64,000 bases of DNA, taken from IMG/VR virus record IMGVR_UViG_3300037137_000232; one strand, given 5' to 3'. The notes below the pieces were generated by a model that searched no databases, was not told where the DNA came from, and worked only from the letters and a program-made list of their open reading frames with translations. Within the stretch, counting starts at the first letter, position 1; each line of letters opens with the position of its first letter. Below, piece by piece: positions 46,128 to 57,738 of this stretch. The position numbers were made by a program, and so were the translations under genes. This stretch comes from an uncultured virus (IMG/VR IMGVR_UViG_3300037137_000232). Its lineage: Duplodnaviria > Heunggongvirae > Uroviricota > Caudoviricetes.

Positions 46128-49100
46128 TCATTTTATATTAGCAAATGAATAGCGATCCAGTTGAGGAAGATAACGTGGCAACGCGGGAATGTCGGATTCA
46201 GTAGCACCTGCAATTGCACGTTGCTTGGCACGCAACATCATCCCCGCAGCGGGGTCAATATGCAATGCCGGGTTCTGCATATTGAACAGCATCACAGCCT
46301 GCAACTCTTTCGTTGTATCTTCGCCATTCTCCTGTGCGCGGTAAAAGTTGTTTGAGAGGACAGTTTTTTGTTGTTTCAACAACCCAATACGTTGTTGAAA
46401 CGCGAAGTTCACTTCAGACTGCTCGGCCTTCACTGACGGAGTAAACCCAAATGCTTGCGACACCGTAGCCCACGGTGTGACTTCGATAGGCAGCCGATTG
46501 CCTGTGGATGTGGTGTACCCCTGCTCCTGCATCTTTTCGGCCTTGACCGGCCCCTTTAACGCAAGCGGGAGCATGTCGATCAGACCATCCATGACCTGAC
46601 CATCCATCATTTTTCCAAGTCCTACGAATGCTGAAGTACCGGCACTCACTGCCGGGCCAAGCAAATTGAATGCACCACTTTCCATTTTGTTCTTAATGTC
46701 ACGGCGATCCGCCATGAATCTCGAACCCGGCAGAAGGTCTTGCAACCCCATGCGCCCACCTGTATCGAAGCCGAGCACTGCGCGCGGTACACCATGCGCG
46801 ATGCCTTCTGCCAGTTCTTTCCCGAATACGTCGGCAAGCCACCCACGATATGCCGTCTTACTATCAGTTGGGTTGTTCCCATCACTGGCAAGATCGGACA
46901 CCCTATCCACCAGAGCACTGATCGCAGTAGCCAATGGCAGCCCCAACGTACCGGCAATGATGCTCGTGGTGGTGAGCACACCAGCAAGCGCCTTGAACCC
47001 TGCTACACGGTCCTCATGGCTCGCGTGAGGAGACACTGCATCAGCAGTCAGTCGAATCAGCAACTCCATCGTCTGAAACGAATACTGTTGGAACGACGCG
47101 AGCAACGGTGTTACTTTCCCTGCCAAACCATGACGACCAAGCGCACGCGCGGTGTTATTGTCGTTGTAGTTGAACTGTGTTTCGCGCACAGTGTCGATGG
47201 CGTAACGCGAAGCAAATTCATCCGTCTTACCACGCCGAATCGCCAAGTTGTACGCCGTCAACCCGGCGGTCAACCTGTTAATCACTTCAGTGTAGTGACT
47301 CCCCGCACTCAACATCTTGGTCGCAACCATCTGCCGTGAGTCAACACCTGATGCCATGCGACCAAGCTCGTGGCCTTGCGTCGTATCAAGCTGTCCGGAA
47401 TCGAGCAGCTTCTGCACGAACGCACGTTCCTGCGGCAACAACCCGGACTTCTCAAGCGGAAGTGATAAGTCAAGCACACCGCGAATTGCACCGTGCATGC
47501 CACCGAGTTCCTGCCCTTGGTTCCATCCAGACTCAATGGCGCTCTTCACCAACTTGAATGACTTGGCGCTCGACACACCCATCTCTTTCGCGGTGGCAAT
47601 GAACCCATACCGACTGCCGATCACTGGTAATGTCAAGTGATACGGTTGCACCATGTTCGTCAACCAGAACGCCGGGCTGAATGCGAGAAAATAGTTGAAT
47701 CCGAACGACTTCAATACGTCGATATTCGGTGATACCACAGGACTCATGCTGTTCGAGAAACGACGGCTCATCTCCGTCATCACCTCTTCCGCATAATCCG
47801 CATGCTCCGGTCCACCTACGCCCACTTCACGTAGCTTGTCGATTGTCTGCTTCATCGAACCGAATGCTTCATCGTACTTCGGCATCGCATACCCATTGGC
47901 AACCATCGACGCCATGCCCTCCGCACGCTTGGAGAAGTTGCGCACGAAGTCCGCATCTGCGCCGGGTACGCCTGTACCCTTACGTTGTGCGAGCGCCTTT
48001 TGCGCCGACGAATCCGGAAGCGCATCGAGATACTGACGCTTCAAGTACGCACGCATGTCGGCTTTATCTTTACCCGCAAATTGCGGATCAGAGTCGATAC
48101 GTGCCAACAGGTTGTGCACGAATTTCGGCACACCCTGCATGTGGTTCATTGAGTCGGAATCATGCAAACTGCCTGCACGCAAGAACTCCTGCGGAACGCT
48201 GTTGGGCATAGCGAGCAACTTGGCATACGCAGCACTCCGTTGTGCCGGATTCTCGAATCGCAGCATCACGGTGCGATCAGCATTCGGTAGGTTAATGACC
48301 TTACCGAATGGCTGAATTGCCTGTTGCATGGCTCCCCAATGCTGTGCTCCATCCGCAACTTTGTACGAGATGAAGTATTCACCAGAGCGACCCAAGTGCA
48401 TATACGGGTTGCTGACAGCCGTCAAATAATACTTCTCGATGTCACGCACACTCGCGCGCAAATTTCCTTTGTCGCCTTGCACCGCCATCGCGTCAGTCAG
48501 CGTCTTGCGCACAAGCTTGTCGAGATTATCCGAATACGGATCGAAGTAATAATCAGGACGCGAGTTCGTACCTTCACCCAACGCTTTATTGCCGATGGCA
48601 AGAACGTCAATCATCTTCTGCAGTTGCGGCGACTTATCGGAGTAGATGCGCAACGTGTCACGTAGCATCATCGCCGTGTGTTGGATGTAGTTCTTCCGAA
48701 ACACACGGAACGACTCCTCGAACGGTTTCCGAAACTCTTCAGGCAACTGCTTATACTCTGCGATTCGTTGGGCGATGTACCCCTTGTTCGATGGGTCGAT
48801 CTTCGGATTCAAGTGCATGTTCTCGCCGTAACTCTTCGAGAAATCTACACCCAATGTAGTTGAATCATACGCGAACTCCATCAACTGCCTATTCATACTT
48901 TCGCGTCGTGACGCGGGCAGCTTTGACAATGCCAGTTGCAGCGGCATCGTCACTGCGTTGCTAAACTCAAGTTGTTTCGTCTGACGCATCATTCCCTTGA
49001 TGTCATCAGCATTCATGTACGCGTGCATGCCCGGCACAAGTGTGCGTAGTGCAGGAACCTTGTCCACCCACTTTGCCATGTTGAACGTCGTAGACGCCTG

Positions 49101-52100
49101 CCACAAGAACGCACGAGTCTTGCCACCAAGCGTACCGAGAGACGCATGATTCGCAATAAGTTCATCCCACTTGCTCACCAGTGCGCGCCCTGCAGAATCA
49201 GTCTGTGCTGCCGCACCAGTAGCCGAATGATCGTACGACAAACCTTCAGCCGCGCCAAAACGTGAGTCACCCAAGAACGACTTCGAGATCGAGACCGCCT
49301 TGTTCAACGCGTTGGTGTCGTATGGTGAGAAGCCAAGCAGTTCGCGCACCCAATCAACGAATTTACGCAATCCGCTACGCGCATCGTAGGACTGAGTATC
49401 AAGCCACGCTTGAAACTTCTCGTTCGACAGTGCTTCAGCAACGAATTCCTTTTCATTCGCGAACGCCTTATCAAAACCTGAACCACGCTTCTTCATCTCA
49501 GCCATGAACGAGCGCAGATCGGTCAGCGAAGCCATGGCTGCCTTTTCTTCGGCAGTGTGCTGCCCGACTACCTTCTTCAGCGCAGCTTCTGCCAACAGAA
49601 TCTTGCTCACCGTCGCTGCATGCGTCGTCTCGTGCACAATCGTGTGCGGATTCTCACCACCCGTGTAGATGTTAACCGTGTCAGTCTTGTGGTTGTACCG
49701 ACCATAAACACGATCCCCATTGGCATCAGTAGCAGCTTCGTCAAGCACTTTGACTTTTGTTTTCAGATCGAGAAGCTGCAATGACGAAGCCATATACCGC
49801 ATCCAGTCCGATGTCGCAGTATCGGCCAGATGCGACAACGTACCGCTAAGATCACCTCCCTTCAGAACTTCAGCAATGGCAGGTGAGTAGCTATAGTTCG
49901 GAAGTTGCGACTGCGCATACTCGAACCCCGGATCAAGCTTGGCCAAACGCGTTATTTCCGCAAGTGCTGCAGCATCAATCACAACCTTATTAGGTGGAAT
50001 ACCTTTCTCGGCTGACACACGCATACGATATGCCTGCTCATACCTATTCATCAAATCTTCAGTGGTAGCCTGCGCCTTTTCACGCACACTCGCATTCACA
50101 TCGTAAATGCGTTCCAACTGCGCGACTCTACCTTCACGAATGGGTTTACCTTGTGCGTCAGGGATAGGACGCCCCAATGCGTCTGTCACAATCCGCCCAC
50201 TGCTCTCAGCCGTGTTTTCCGCAAGTTGTGCGTCTTGTGGTGAATACTGCCGCAGCCAATCAATTGCATCTCGCGCGTTGGCCATCAACATTTTCGGATC
50301 GAGCTTCTCTTGAGAAAGCATCGGGGTAATATGCGCACCGGTTGGTTCCCCGGCAGCCATGTCCTTCGCCTTCATATAGTCCATCACCCACGTGCGATTA
50401 CCCGAACTACCGCGCGATTCATTCGGATCGTAGTGATGAAGCTCGAAATAAAACTTGTAGTTCGGCGTGACGTTGCGTTGTTCCACTTCCGGTACTGTCG
50501 GTCCAATCCTCGCCGCCTTACTGCGCGCAATGTCCTGCTTGCGCATTGGCTTGAAATCGGGCGTCTCGTACGAGACCGGGCCGGACGGCACTGTGCGGGT
50601 GAAATCGCCCCACGGTACACTCTCACCGGTTGAGTGAACAACCACCTCTTTGGGCGCAGCGACCGGCGCTCTGGAAGCCACGGGAGGAGGCATTTTGGCA
50701 ACCTCGGCAACCGGCGCTGCATTGAGCAGTCCTACTACTTCAGGCGTTGCGGCGGGGGCTTTGGCATTCCCCGGTGGGCGTTGCTCAATGACGCCGCCAC
50801 CGCCTGATTCTGCGGGTGCCCCGCCGCCACCATTTCCTTGATGTTCTTCGACACTACCGCTTGGGATGACCCCCTCTGCAACGGCATTTGGCTTCTCCTT
50901 GGTTAACAGGGCTTCTTGCCCTTGCCCCCCGGCTTCGGCATTCCTTTTCCCTTCGGCATTGGCATTGGCATTTTGCTCATTGAAATTCTCCAGTTTTGTA
51001 ACGAGTGCATCCATCGTGTCGCGGCTGACCGTGCCACGCTTCATCGCATCACGCGCAGCGCGCAACGCGTTCAGTTGCTGCATCCACAACTTCTTGCCAT
51101 CAGCAGTCTTGACTGCCATCTCGACACGCTTAAAGTTCTGACCCTTCAGCACAGACACGTCTATACCGGCGTCAGTGGCGGCTTTCTCCCACGTGCGCAT
51201 CAGATCGGAATGTGCAACCGGCGTGTTGCCGTTGATCTTCCCCGCCATGGCGTCGTCGGCGAGTCTGTTCGCGGCTGCAATGCGCGCCTGTGCATCAAGC
51301 AACACCGTATGCTTCGCTGCGGGATTCGTCCCCACCCCGCCGGGTTTCGGCGGCACAGGCTCATGCACAGCCGCAACACGCTGCGCATACGCGGCATCAG
51401 TCTCCAATGCTTTCTTGCCGCCCGCGCGCTCGAACGCTGCTTCCATCGCGGTACCACCACCGCCACCACCGCCACCGGGCGGGGGCTTGCCACCACCCTG
51501 ATCGTCGAGCGGAGACGGACGTTCGCCGGGCTTGCGATTCATTACCGGCATGAGGTCGAGTTCGCCTTGGTTCGGATTCGTGTGTGGGAACGGAAGTGCT
51601 TCACCCACATCGGTTGATCCACCCTGACGTGGCGACGGTTCAAGCTTGAAATTGTCCGGATTGAACGGAGACTCGCGTCCGTGCCAATAGCTGTTATCGA
51701 GCGTGAGTTGGCCCTGCCCTTCGGAGGACGTGGCGGGAGCGGAAGCTTCCGGGGCCATCGTGGACATATCGTTCGGATTACGCCAACGATCCGCTTCCTG
51801 TGGAAGCAGCGAACGCAAGTATCCAACATAGCTTGCGCGCAGCACACCCTCATTCAGTTTAGTCTCGCCCTTCTTGCCAAACGGCAGATTCTGCTGTTTG
51901 ATGAAATCCGTGGTGAACTCCGAGAACGATTGCGCGCCTTTAGGTGGATTGGCAAGCAACACACGATCTTCCGCAGCACGTTGTGCCTTGGCGTTCGCAA
52001 CAGCCATTTTCTGACCTTGCTCCACCTGCTTTTCACGAGCAGCAACCGCTTCCTGCTGCGCTTGCTGATCCTTAATTCGCTGCTTCTCAGCTTCACTATG

Positions 52101-53198
52101 GTTCGATGCTTCGAGCGCATTCATCCGCCACTCGCGTGCTTCGTCCTTCCCAACAAGAGGTTCAAGCTGCGGCACCAGTTCACGCGTTGCCGCCTGAATC
52201 TGCAATGGGGTTGATTCCGGATTCTCGGCGATCTTGATAAGCGATGCGTTACGTTGCTGATGCACGTAATGTGTCATAGCACCAATCGGTGCAAGAATGC
52301 CCGTTAACGCAAGCATCGGCCCAATGGACGATGTGGCAGCGTCCCATGGCGAAGTAGATGGCAACCCGGCCTGCCCTTCAAGCGCCGCCGTTCCGGCAGC
52401 TTGGGTCATGCCCGCGCTCACCTGCACACCTGTGTTGGTTGCAAGTTCGCGCGCAAATGACTTGATGAACTCTGGTTCACGTATCTTGGCGAGCGCCTCT
52501 GGCACACCGTACGTGCGGCCGAGCACGCGCGGGATCATGCGCTCCGCACCACTGATGAACCGACCGCCAAGACCCACTCCTACGGTCTGCACGGCAGCCG
52601 TAAGCGCCCCTTCCTGCCGCGCGAGAGTCTTGGCCTCATCCTCGGACTTCCCCGCCGCTTTGGCTCGCTCGTACGCTTCCTGTGCTGCTTGTGTACCAAA
52701 GGCCAATCCGCCGAGCGCACCACCCCCGATGGCTGCTACCCCCGCCGGAGCACCGAGAGCGGCCAGTGCAGGTACCGCCGCCATCGCCCCAAGGGTCGGC
52801 GCAACCATCTCCGCACCCTTAGTAAGCGCCCCCACAACCGCGCCATGTGCGTCAGGGTTCACATCCTCGGCGATCCCCGCCTCGCGGAGCTTGGCACGAC
52901 TTACCAACCCAGTGCCAATATCATGCAGCGTGTCACCGGGTTGCCCGGTGTACTGCATGATCTGCCCGGCCATGGTAGGAATACCCACCGTAGCACCACG
53001 CACCAAACCCGCGCCGATCTCACCCAACGCACCACGCGGTTTATTCTCTAATTCTATTTGCTTATCTATCCACGCTTTCTGTGAATCAGAAAGCTTGTCG
53101 TATGCAGACAACTTTGGAACCGGTGGCTCAACCGGTTTTGGCATTAAGGGGATCGGCATCGACAGATATTGGTCGATGCTTGGCAAGTCCAATGGCAT
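46128..53198 (-). CDS. Large polyvalent virion (ejection) protein with zincin metallopeptidase domain
   Basis: 2356 aa; [12 protein letters not shown]...VHETTH...EFVAEALSN; helical C-terminus resembling large-polyvalent-protein domains. Confidence 0.8.
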   Translation of the reverse strand: MPLDLPSIDQYLSMPIPLMPKPVEPPVPKLSAYDKLSDSQKAWIDKQIELENKPRGALGEIGAGLVRGATVGIPTMAGQIMQYTGQPGDTLHDIGTGLVSRAKLREAGIAEDVNPDAHGAVVGALTKGAEMVAPTLGAMAAVPALAALGAPAGVAAIGGGALGGLAFGTQAAQEAYERAKAAGKSEDEAKTLARQEGALTAAVQTVGVGLGGRFISGAERMIPRVLGRTYGVPEALAKIREPEFIKSFARELATNTGVQVSAGMTQAAGTAALEGQAGLPSTSPWDAATSSIGPMLALTGILAPIGAMTHYVHQQRNASLIKIAENPESTPLQIQAATRELVPQLEPLVGKDEAREWRMNALEASNHSEAEKQRIKDQQAQQEAVAAREKQVEQGQKMAVANAKAQRAAEDRVLLANPPKGAQSFSEFTTDFIKQQNLPFGKKGETKLNEGVLRASYVGYLRSLLPQEADRWRNPNDMSTMAPEASAPATSSEGQGQLTLDNSYWHGRESPFNPDNFKLEPSPRQGGSTDVGEALPFPHTNPNQGELDLMPVMNRKPGERPSPLDDQGGGKPPPGGGGGGGGTAMEAAFERAGGKKALETDAAYAQRVAAVHEPVPPKPGGVGTNPAAKHTVLLDAQARIAAANRLADDAMAGKINGNTPVAHSDLMRTWEKAATDAGIDVSVLKGQNFKRVEMAVKTADGKKLWMQQLNALRAARDAMKRGTVSRDTMDALVTKLENFNEQNANANAEGKRNAEAGGQGQEALLTKEKPNAVAEGVIPSGSVEEHQGNGGGGAPAESGGGGVIEQRPPGNAKAPAATPEVVGLLNAAPVAEVAKMPPPVASRAPVAAPKEVVVHSTGESVPWGDFTRTVPSGPVSYETPDFKPMRKQDIARSKAARIGPTVPEVEQRNVTPNYKFYFELHHYDPNESRGSSGNRTWVMDYMKAKDMAAGEPTGAHITPMLSQEKLDPKMLMANARDAIDWLRQYSPQDAQLAENTAESSGRIVTDALGRPIPDAQGKPIREGRVAQLERIYDVNASVREKAQATTEDLMNRYEQAYRMRVSAEKGIPPNKVVIDAAALAEITRLAKLDPGFEYAQSQLPNYSYSPAIAEVLKGGDLSGTLSHLADTATSDWMRYMASSLQLLDLKTKVKVLDEAATDANGDRVYGRYNHKTDTVNIYTGGENPHTIVHETTHAATVSKILLAEAALKKVVGQHTAEEKAAMASLTDLRSFMAEMKKRGSGFDKAFANEKEFVAEALSNEKFQAWLDTQSYDARSGLRKFVDWVRELLGFSPYDTNALNKAVSISKSFLGDSRFGAAEGLSYDHSATGAAAQTDSAGRALVSKWDELIANHASLGTLGGKTRAFLWQASTTFNMAKWVDKVPALRTLVPGMHAYMNADDIKGMMRQTKQLEFSNAVTMPLQLALSKLPASRRESMNRQLMEFAYDSTTLGVDFSKSYGENMHLNPKIDPSNKGYIAQRIAEYKQLPEEFRKPFEESFRVFRKNYIQHTAMMLRDTLRIYSDKSPQLQKMIDVLAIGNKALGEGTNSRPDYYFDPYSDNLDKLVRKTLTDAMAVQGDKGNLRASVRDIEKYYLTAVSNPYMHLGRSGEYFISYKVADGAQHWGAMQQAIQPFGKVINLPNADRTVMLRFENPAQRSAAYAKLLAMPNSVPQEFLRAGSLHDSDSMNHMQGVPKFVHNLLARIDSDPQFAGKDKADMRAYLKRQYLDALPDSSAQKALAQRKGTGVPGADADFVRNFSKRAEGMASMVANGYAMPKYDEAFGSMKQTIDKLREVGVGGPEHADYAEEVMTEMSRRFSNSMSPVVSPNIDVLKSFGFNYFLAFSPAFWLTNMVQPYHLTLPVIGSRYGFIATAKEMGVSSAKSFKLVKSAIESGWNQGQELGGMHGAIRGVLDLSLPLEKSGLLPQERAFVQKLLDSGQLDTTQGHELGRMASGVDSRQMVATKMLSAGSHYTEVINRLTAGLTAYNLAIRRGKTDEFASRYAIDTVRETQFNYNDNNTARALGRHGLAGKVTPLLASFQQYSFQTMELLIRLTADAVSPHASHEDRVAGFKALAGVLTTTSIIAGTLGLPLATAISALVDRVSDLASDGNNPTDSKTAYRGWLADVFGKELAEGIAHGVPRAVLGFDTGGRMGLQDLLPGSRFMADRRDIKNKMESGAFNLLGPAVSAGTSAFVGLGKMMDGQVMDGLIDMLPLALKGPVKAEKMQEQGYTTSTGNRLPIEVTPWATVSQAFGFTPSVKAEQSEVNFAFQQRIGLLKQQKTVLSNNFYRAQENGEDTTKELQAVMLFNMQNPALHIDPAAGMMLRAKQRAIAGATESDIPALPRYLPQLDRYSFANIK

Positions 53199-53199
53199 C

Positions 53200-54285
53200 C
53201 TAGTGCCCCTGTACTTGGTCGAGCCGAGAATTACGTCGTGCTGCTGATGTTGGGTCTTGCGCCTTGAAATCCTCTGCTGTTATATGGACAGGATTACCTA
53301 GCGCATCACGTGTAAACACTGAACCCGGCTGCGACATGTCAGGAACAAGTGGTGCAATTCTTGGCAGTGGTGGGAACCGCGATTCGTGCGCAATACTGCG
53401 CATTGCCTCGGCATTACCTGCTTTCGCTTCTTGCGCGTAGCGTTGTCCCCGCACAATATCTTCAAGATGTGGCAACGCTGCCAACTCATGCCCACGTGCT
53501 TGTGTAGCGATTTCATGCGCACGTAACAGGTTCGACGCAACATTCTGTTCGCCTTCCCGCTGTACACGTTGCGCACCACTCAAAGCCAACGAGGTTGAAG
53601 CTGCGGCATGTTCAGCACCAGAATTTGCTGCCATTACAGAAGTCATGTCACCAATCAGCCGCGCCCTATTACGCAACATCGTACGACCACGCAACCGATC
53701 CACGATACCCGGCGATGCAAGCAGCGGTTGCGCTTCACGTTCGTAGTTGTCGATCATGTTGAACATATGTGGATGGATCATCCCCATCCCACCACCGTAC
53801 GCAGGCGCAGATGTGGGTGCTGCAACTGCACCTTCACCGAAATTCCGCACTCTTGAAAGAAACCCCGGCACTGACGGCAGCGGCGAACCTTTGCGCTGTA
53901 AATCATCAAGACCGGCCGCGCCCATGTTGGTGAACAACGGCGACTGCCCTCTGGCGTCGATTCGTGTCACACCTGACGACACAGTAGGTTGCATTGTGTA
54001 CGGCAATCCGGTTGTGGACACACCACTATCAGAACCTGCAGGCAATCCCGCGATGGAAGGCGCTCCTGCAGCCGCAACACCACGCTCCGTACCCCTCAAC
54101 CCACCGGGTAGTTGAGATGCAGCATCAGCTTTCATACTCACCGCCGCATTCACGGCATTCTGTGTAACCGCAGGTGGTTGTGCCGCAGGTGGCGCAAGCT
54201 CGCCACTTGTATTCATGTTGTCGGGGCTATTACGAAGTGCCCACGTAATAGCATTCAGCCCCGGAACTACATCATAAAAAGCCAT
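53200..54285 (-). CDS. Internal virion/ejection protein candidate
   Basis: 361 aa, A/G-rich, between adaptor and the large protein. Confidence 0.65.
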   Translation of the reverse strand: MAFYDVVPGLNAITWALRNSPDNMNTSGELAPPAAQPPAVTQNAVNAAVSMKADAASQLPGGLRGTERGVAAAGAPSIAGLPAGSDSGVSTTGLPYTMQPTVSSGVTRIDARGQSPLFTNMGAAGLDDLQRKGSPLPSVPGFLSRVRNFGEGAVAAPTSAPAYGGGMGMIHPHMFNMIDNYEREAQPLLASPGIVDRLRGRTMLRNRARLIGDMTSVMAANSGAEHAAASTSLALSGAQRVQREGEQNVASNLLRAHEIATQARGHELAALPHLEDIVRGQRYAQEAKAGNAEAMRSIAHESRFPPLPRIAPLVPDMSQPGSVFTRDALGNPVHITAEDFKAQDPTSAARRNSRLDQVQGH

Positions 54286-54286
54286 G

Positions 54287-55039
54287 TCAGTTGTCCCAAG
54301 TGAACCCGTTTTGACCGAACTCGAATCGTATCGGGGCCGACATCTTCCGGCGAATGTCCCTCAACGCTTCTGCAATCGCATCAGTGAATCGCTTCTCGTG
54401 ATCCGCTGCTGCCGCTGAATGCCCATCAATATCCGACGTGCGCAATGCGCGATACGCTGCCCATTCAAGCATATCTAGTTGATGATCTTCATCAAGCTCA
54501 CAATCCATGTCCATCGTGTCGAGCGTGAAACGGTCGAGCGGCAACCGCGCAACGCGGATGTACACGAGCTTGCCTGCCTCGCTCGCACTCGGAGCCGGGT
54601 ACACCGTGAGCGTCACCGCCTTGGTGTCAACATCCAAAGTTTCGTCCGTAGAGAACGCAATTGGAGTACCGGGATTAAGTTGTGCCGCCGTGGCCGGGTC
54701 GAACCACGCCGGGTCTTGCTTCGAGATCACATTGATTCGCGCGCGACCCACACGCACAAGATCAGCCGTCTGCACGTCATAGCGCCCGGATACCACCGCA
54801 AGCACACTCGAATGCAGCACATACGAAGAGACGCCAGTCGCCAATGTGACTTGCGTCACTTCCGGTGTACTGGCGTCTCGCAGCGAGAGCGTCTTTCGAG
54901 CGAATCGCTGCTGCGCATCGTTAATGTATCGAACTAGCGTTTCATCGGACCAGAGATGATCGTCAGGACCAGAAGCAAGTTCGGCATTGTCGCGGAGCAG
55001 GTTCTCTCGAAGCTCCGACAGGAGTTCTTCGAGGTTCAT
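54287..55039 (-). CDS. Head-tail adaptor / tail tubular A-like protein
   Basis: WSDETLVRYINDAQ...YPAP...LEWAAYRAL. Confidence 0.75.
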   Translation of the reverse strand: MNLEELLSELRENLLRDNAELASGPDDHLWSDETLVRYINDAQQRFARKTLSLRDASTPEVTQVTLATGVSSYVLHSSVLAVVSGRYDVQTADLVRVGRARINVISKQDPAWFDPATAAQLNPGTPIAFSTDETLDVDTKAVTLTVYPAPSASEAGKLVYIRVARLPLDRFTLDTMDMDCELDEDHQLDMLEWAAYRALRTSDIDGHSAAAADHEKRFTDAIAEALRDIRRKMSAPIRFEFGQNGFTWDN

Positions 55040-55045
55040 TGTTCG

Positions 55046-55396
55046 TTACGCCGCAGCCTCAGTGGCCACTTGCGCTTCCGTGAGGACCGTGTAGGGGAAC
55101 CGCAATTTCTTGCGATAGCCGATGACCTGATTCGTGCTCGTGTCGATCTGCGGCACATCCTGTACTGCGTCATTGAGTACATTGACGATACACTCCGGCA
55201 CATGCGCGGGATCGCCCGGCTTCAGTACGAACGTGCGTCCATTGACTGAAATGAATTGCCCGGTCGGTGGAATGTTCTCATTCTCTTCAAGCCGAATCCA
55301 GATACGGCGTTCGGATACTTCCTGCTTCGCGCGGGACTTCAGCGGTTGCACTTCCTCGTCGGTTGCGAGCAGTTCGCCTACGCTTCTCTTGGTCAT
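55046..55396 (-). CDS. hypothetical virion-region protein
   Basis: ISVNG...VPECIVNVLNDA...RFPY. Confidence 0.75.
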   Translation of the reverse strand: MTKRSVGELLATDEEVQPLKSRAKQEVSERRIWIRLEENENIPPTGQFISVNGRTFVLKPGDPAHVPECIVNVLNDAVQDVPQIDTSTNQVIGYRKKLRFPYTVLTEAQVATEAAA

Positions 55397-55398
55397 GG

Positions 55399-55647
55399 TC
55401 AGTCACCCTCTTCGGTTGAACACGCCTCGTCGAACGCATCGGCGGCTTCGGAGTCGTCGGCTTTCAACGTCGGTAAAATTTTGGTGATGAACGCGAGCGC
55501 CGTCTTGTCATCGGAGAACGCGTACTCCTTCCAAGGATTACTGTACATACCCTTGGAACTCTTGTTCTTGGCCATGACCGCCGGATCACAAACCTCGACG
55601 GTATACCCGTTGGCCAATCTTTCCACCCGCATGACGGTCTCGCTCAT
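55399..55647 (-). CDS. hypothetical protein
   Basis: 82 aa; ATGA coupling. Confidence 0.7.
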   Translation of the reverse strand: MSETVMRVERLANGYTVEVCDPAVMAKNKSSKGMYSNPWKEYAFSDDKTALAFITKILPTLKADDSEAADAFDEACSTEEGD

Positions 55648-55814
55648 TTCTTTGCTCCGACCTTGTTGAGCGCGGGATTCTTGCGCTTGGCTGCTGCGGA
55701 CGCACCGCGCGCACCTGCAGCTAGAATAGCACCGGCACGTGCGACAGGGATGCCCTGTCTCGCTGCGATGCCCGCAGCGGCCTTCTTGAACCCCGGATGC
55801 GGCATACCGGCCAT
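55644..55814 (-). CDS. Small basic Ala/Lys-rich protein
   Basis: GAGGGG RBS; MAGMPHPGFKKAAAGIAARQG...KRKNPALNKVG. Confidence 0.7.
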   Translation of the reverse strand: MAGMPHPGFKKAAAGIAARQGIPVARAGAILAAGARGASAAAKRKNPALNKVGAKK

Positions 55815-55833
55815 GGTGTACCCCTCGAACGAC

Positions 55834-55851
55834 AGGGGGCCGAAGCCCCCT
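55834..55851 (-). other. cUUCGg hairpin
   Basis: Minus strand AGGGGGC-TTCG-GCCCCCT. Confidence 0.6.
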
Positions 55852-55857
55852 ACCGTC

Positions 55858-56202
55858 TTAGCCGAATGCGCGCCACGAGAACGACGACGAGACCGCGATG
55901 TCCGCAGCCTTGATCGTGAAACTCGTGCCGAGCGCCGACGTGGGCGCGTTGACCGTAATACCGGAGCCAACGTCGAGCGTGCGCGTGCCTGCTGCGATGG
56001 TGCGAACCGCGCTGTTCGCCGCCATGCCTTCGTACCACTGCAGCGTGATCCGGTTGGTGCGGTCCACCCACTCGATGTACCGAGGAGTGAAGCCGACCGT
56101 GATGGTGGTATCCACCGCGCCACCGGCATCGGTCACGACTTGACCGACACTGAGGTCGATGATCCCACCCGCTTGCGTTTGCGAATTGGTTGTCAGGGCC
56201 AT
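55858..56202 (-). CDS. Capsid-associated protein
   Basis: AAGGA RBS; VGFTPRYI...WYEGMA. Confidence 0.75.
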   Translation of the reverse strand: MALTTNSQTQAGGIIDLSVGQVVTDAGGAVDTTITVGFTPRYIEWVDRTNRITLQWYEGMAANSAVRTIAAGTRTLDVGSGITVNAPTSALGTSFTIKAADIAVSSSFSWRAFG

Positions 56203-56236
56203 GATGTTTCCTTGAAAGGTTGAATGTTGGGTTGGG

Positions 56237-56626
56237 TTACGCGGTCAGGATCGAGTTCCACGTGCCGCTGACCGCGCAGAAAAAGATCGCAGTCTTGTTC
56301 GCCGCCATGGCGAACGCGGTGTTGGCCGACAACGCGTTGATTGCGTCACCAAGCGAAGGGAACACGTTCATCGAATTGGCCCCAGCCGCGTTGATGACAA
56401 TGACGGGAAAGCAACCTGCAACAGCGAGCGGCAGCTTCACCGAATCCGCTGCCGTGGCTACCGTCACCACACGATTGACATGCTTCGTGAACGCGATTGC
56501 GTTGGCCTGACCACCACCCGCGAGTGCCACAATCGCATTCGTAGGATCGGTTTGGTCAAGTTGCATTTGCTTGTCGGCATAATCCACCGACCGGGCATTG
56601 ACATCAGCGGGAGTCATAATGGGCAT
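56237..56626 (-). CDS. Capsid decoration-like protein
   Basis: AGGGQANA...DSVKLP...VFPSLGDAIN. Confidence 0.7.
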   Translation of the reverse strand: MPIMTPADVNARSVDYADKQMQLDQTDPTNAIVALAGGGQANAIAFTKHVNRVVTVATAADSVKLPLAVAGCFPVIVINAAGANSMNVFPSLGDAINALSANTAFAMAANKTAIFFCAVSGTWNSILTA

Positions 56627-56649
56627 ATCAATCTCCTTGGTTGAGGACG

Positions 56650-56664
56650 GGGGCCGAAGCCCCC
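56650..56664 (-). other. cUUCGg hairpin after the capsid gene
   Basis: Minus strand GGGGC-TTCG-GCCCC. Confidence 0.6.
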
Positions 56665-56674
56665 ATCAGATTGA

Positions 56675-57706
56675 TTACGCCGTCGCCGCAACTTCACAGC
56701 GCACGAAGAACGCATCCTGCAGGATGACGGCCGACTGCCACGCCTTCCAACCGACCGTTCCACGCTGCGCGAGCGGATCGCCGGGCGCAGGCTTCGGGTT
56801 CACAACCATCGGCGTGATCGAATCCTTGCCCTTCAACGGCACGATCCCGTACGCATTCGCAGCGATGAACAGGATCGGATACACGTCCGCAAGCGTACCG
56901 GACGTACTGCGCATCGTGCCCTTGGCACCACCCGCGTCGGCGAACGGCGCGAAGATCGTGCTCGTCAGGTAACGCACACGCTCCACCGCACCGATTTCGT
57001 TCTCGTACGGCGTGGTCGTACCGTACTGCTTCGGGTTGATGTAGCCCGTCATCGAGCGGATGTCCGTCTCGCAATCCGGGTGGGTGAGTGCGATGAACGC
57101 CGCCTCGACCGGTTCCGTGCGGTAGTCCGGAGTGGACTTGACCACCGACGTAATCATCTTCGCGTTCTGCCGCAGCATCGACGTAGTGATCTGCCGTTGC
57201 AGCGCGAGCACGACGGGCGTGTTGACCGCATTCCGCGCACCACCGTTGGCGTAGAACACGTTCGTTCCGGCCTTCAGGATGTTGAAGCGAATGGTCTCGA
57301 TGGTCATCCCGGCTTGTTCCGCCATGATGCCCGTCGCTTCCGACAGAATCGGATCTTCATGCGTGTCCATCACCACGTCGGTGATCGTCACGTAATCACC
57401 GTACTGGTTCAACTGAACCGTGTAGTCGGCGTTCGCCAAACGATTGCCCGCCGGAGTCACACCTTCCACCAGAGGCGTCAACGCGAGTGGCACGAAGTAG
57501 TTGCCCGCGCCAGAACCGGCCGAACCGGTCGCGCCCTGCAAGAAGTAGCGCCGGAACTTCGCAGTCTTGGTGTTGTTCTGCGGAATGGGATACGACTGCC
57601 CGAACTTTTCGAGCACCATGTACGGCATCGCGCGCGAGAGCAATTCCTTGATGACGTACGCAGCGGTACGGGGAGAAATATCCCCATAGTTGACGACGTT
57701 GGCCAT
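56675..57706 (-). CDS. Major capsid protein, N4-gp56 family
   Basis: KFGQ..IPQN, LVEGVTP, LNQYG, ENEIG, DPLAQRGTVGWK. Confidence 0.92.
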   Translation of the reverse strand: MANVVNYGDISPRTAAYVIKELLSRAMPYMVLEKFGQSYPIPQNNTKTAKFRRYFLQGATGSAGSGAGNYFVPLALTPLVEGVTPAGNRLANADYTVQLNQYGDYVTITDVVMDTHEDPILSEATGIMAEQAGMTIETIRFNILKAGTNVFYANGGARNAVNTPVVLALQRQITTSMLRQNAKMITSVVKSTPDYRTEPVEAAFIALTHPDCETDIRSMTGYINPKQYGTTTPYENEIGAVERVRYLTSTIFAPFADAGGAKGTMRSTSGTLADVYPILFIAANAYGIVPLKGKDSITPMVVNPKPAPGDPLAQRGTVGWKAWQSAVILQDAFFVRCEVAATA

Positions 57707-57738
57707 GATGTTTCCTTGTCAGGTTGAAGTTGAGTCGT

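Noticed and set aside
46128..53198. N4-type virion RNA polymerase
   Set aside because: No recognisable RNA polymerase motifs; has a metallopeptidase motif instead
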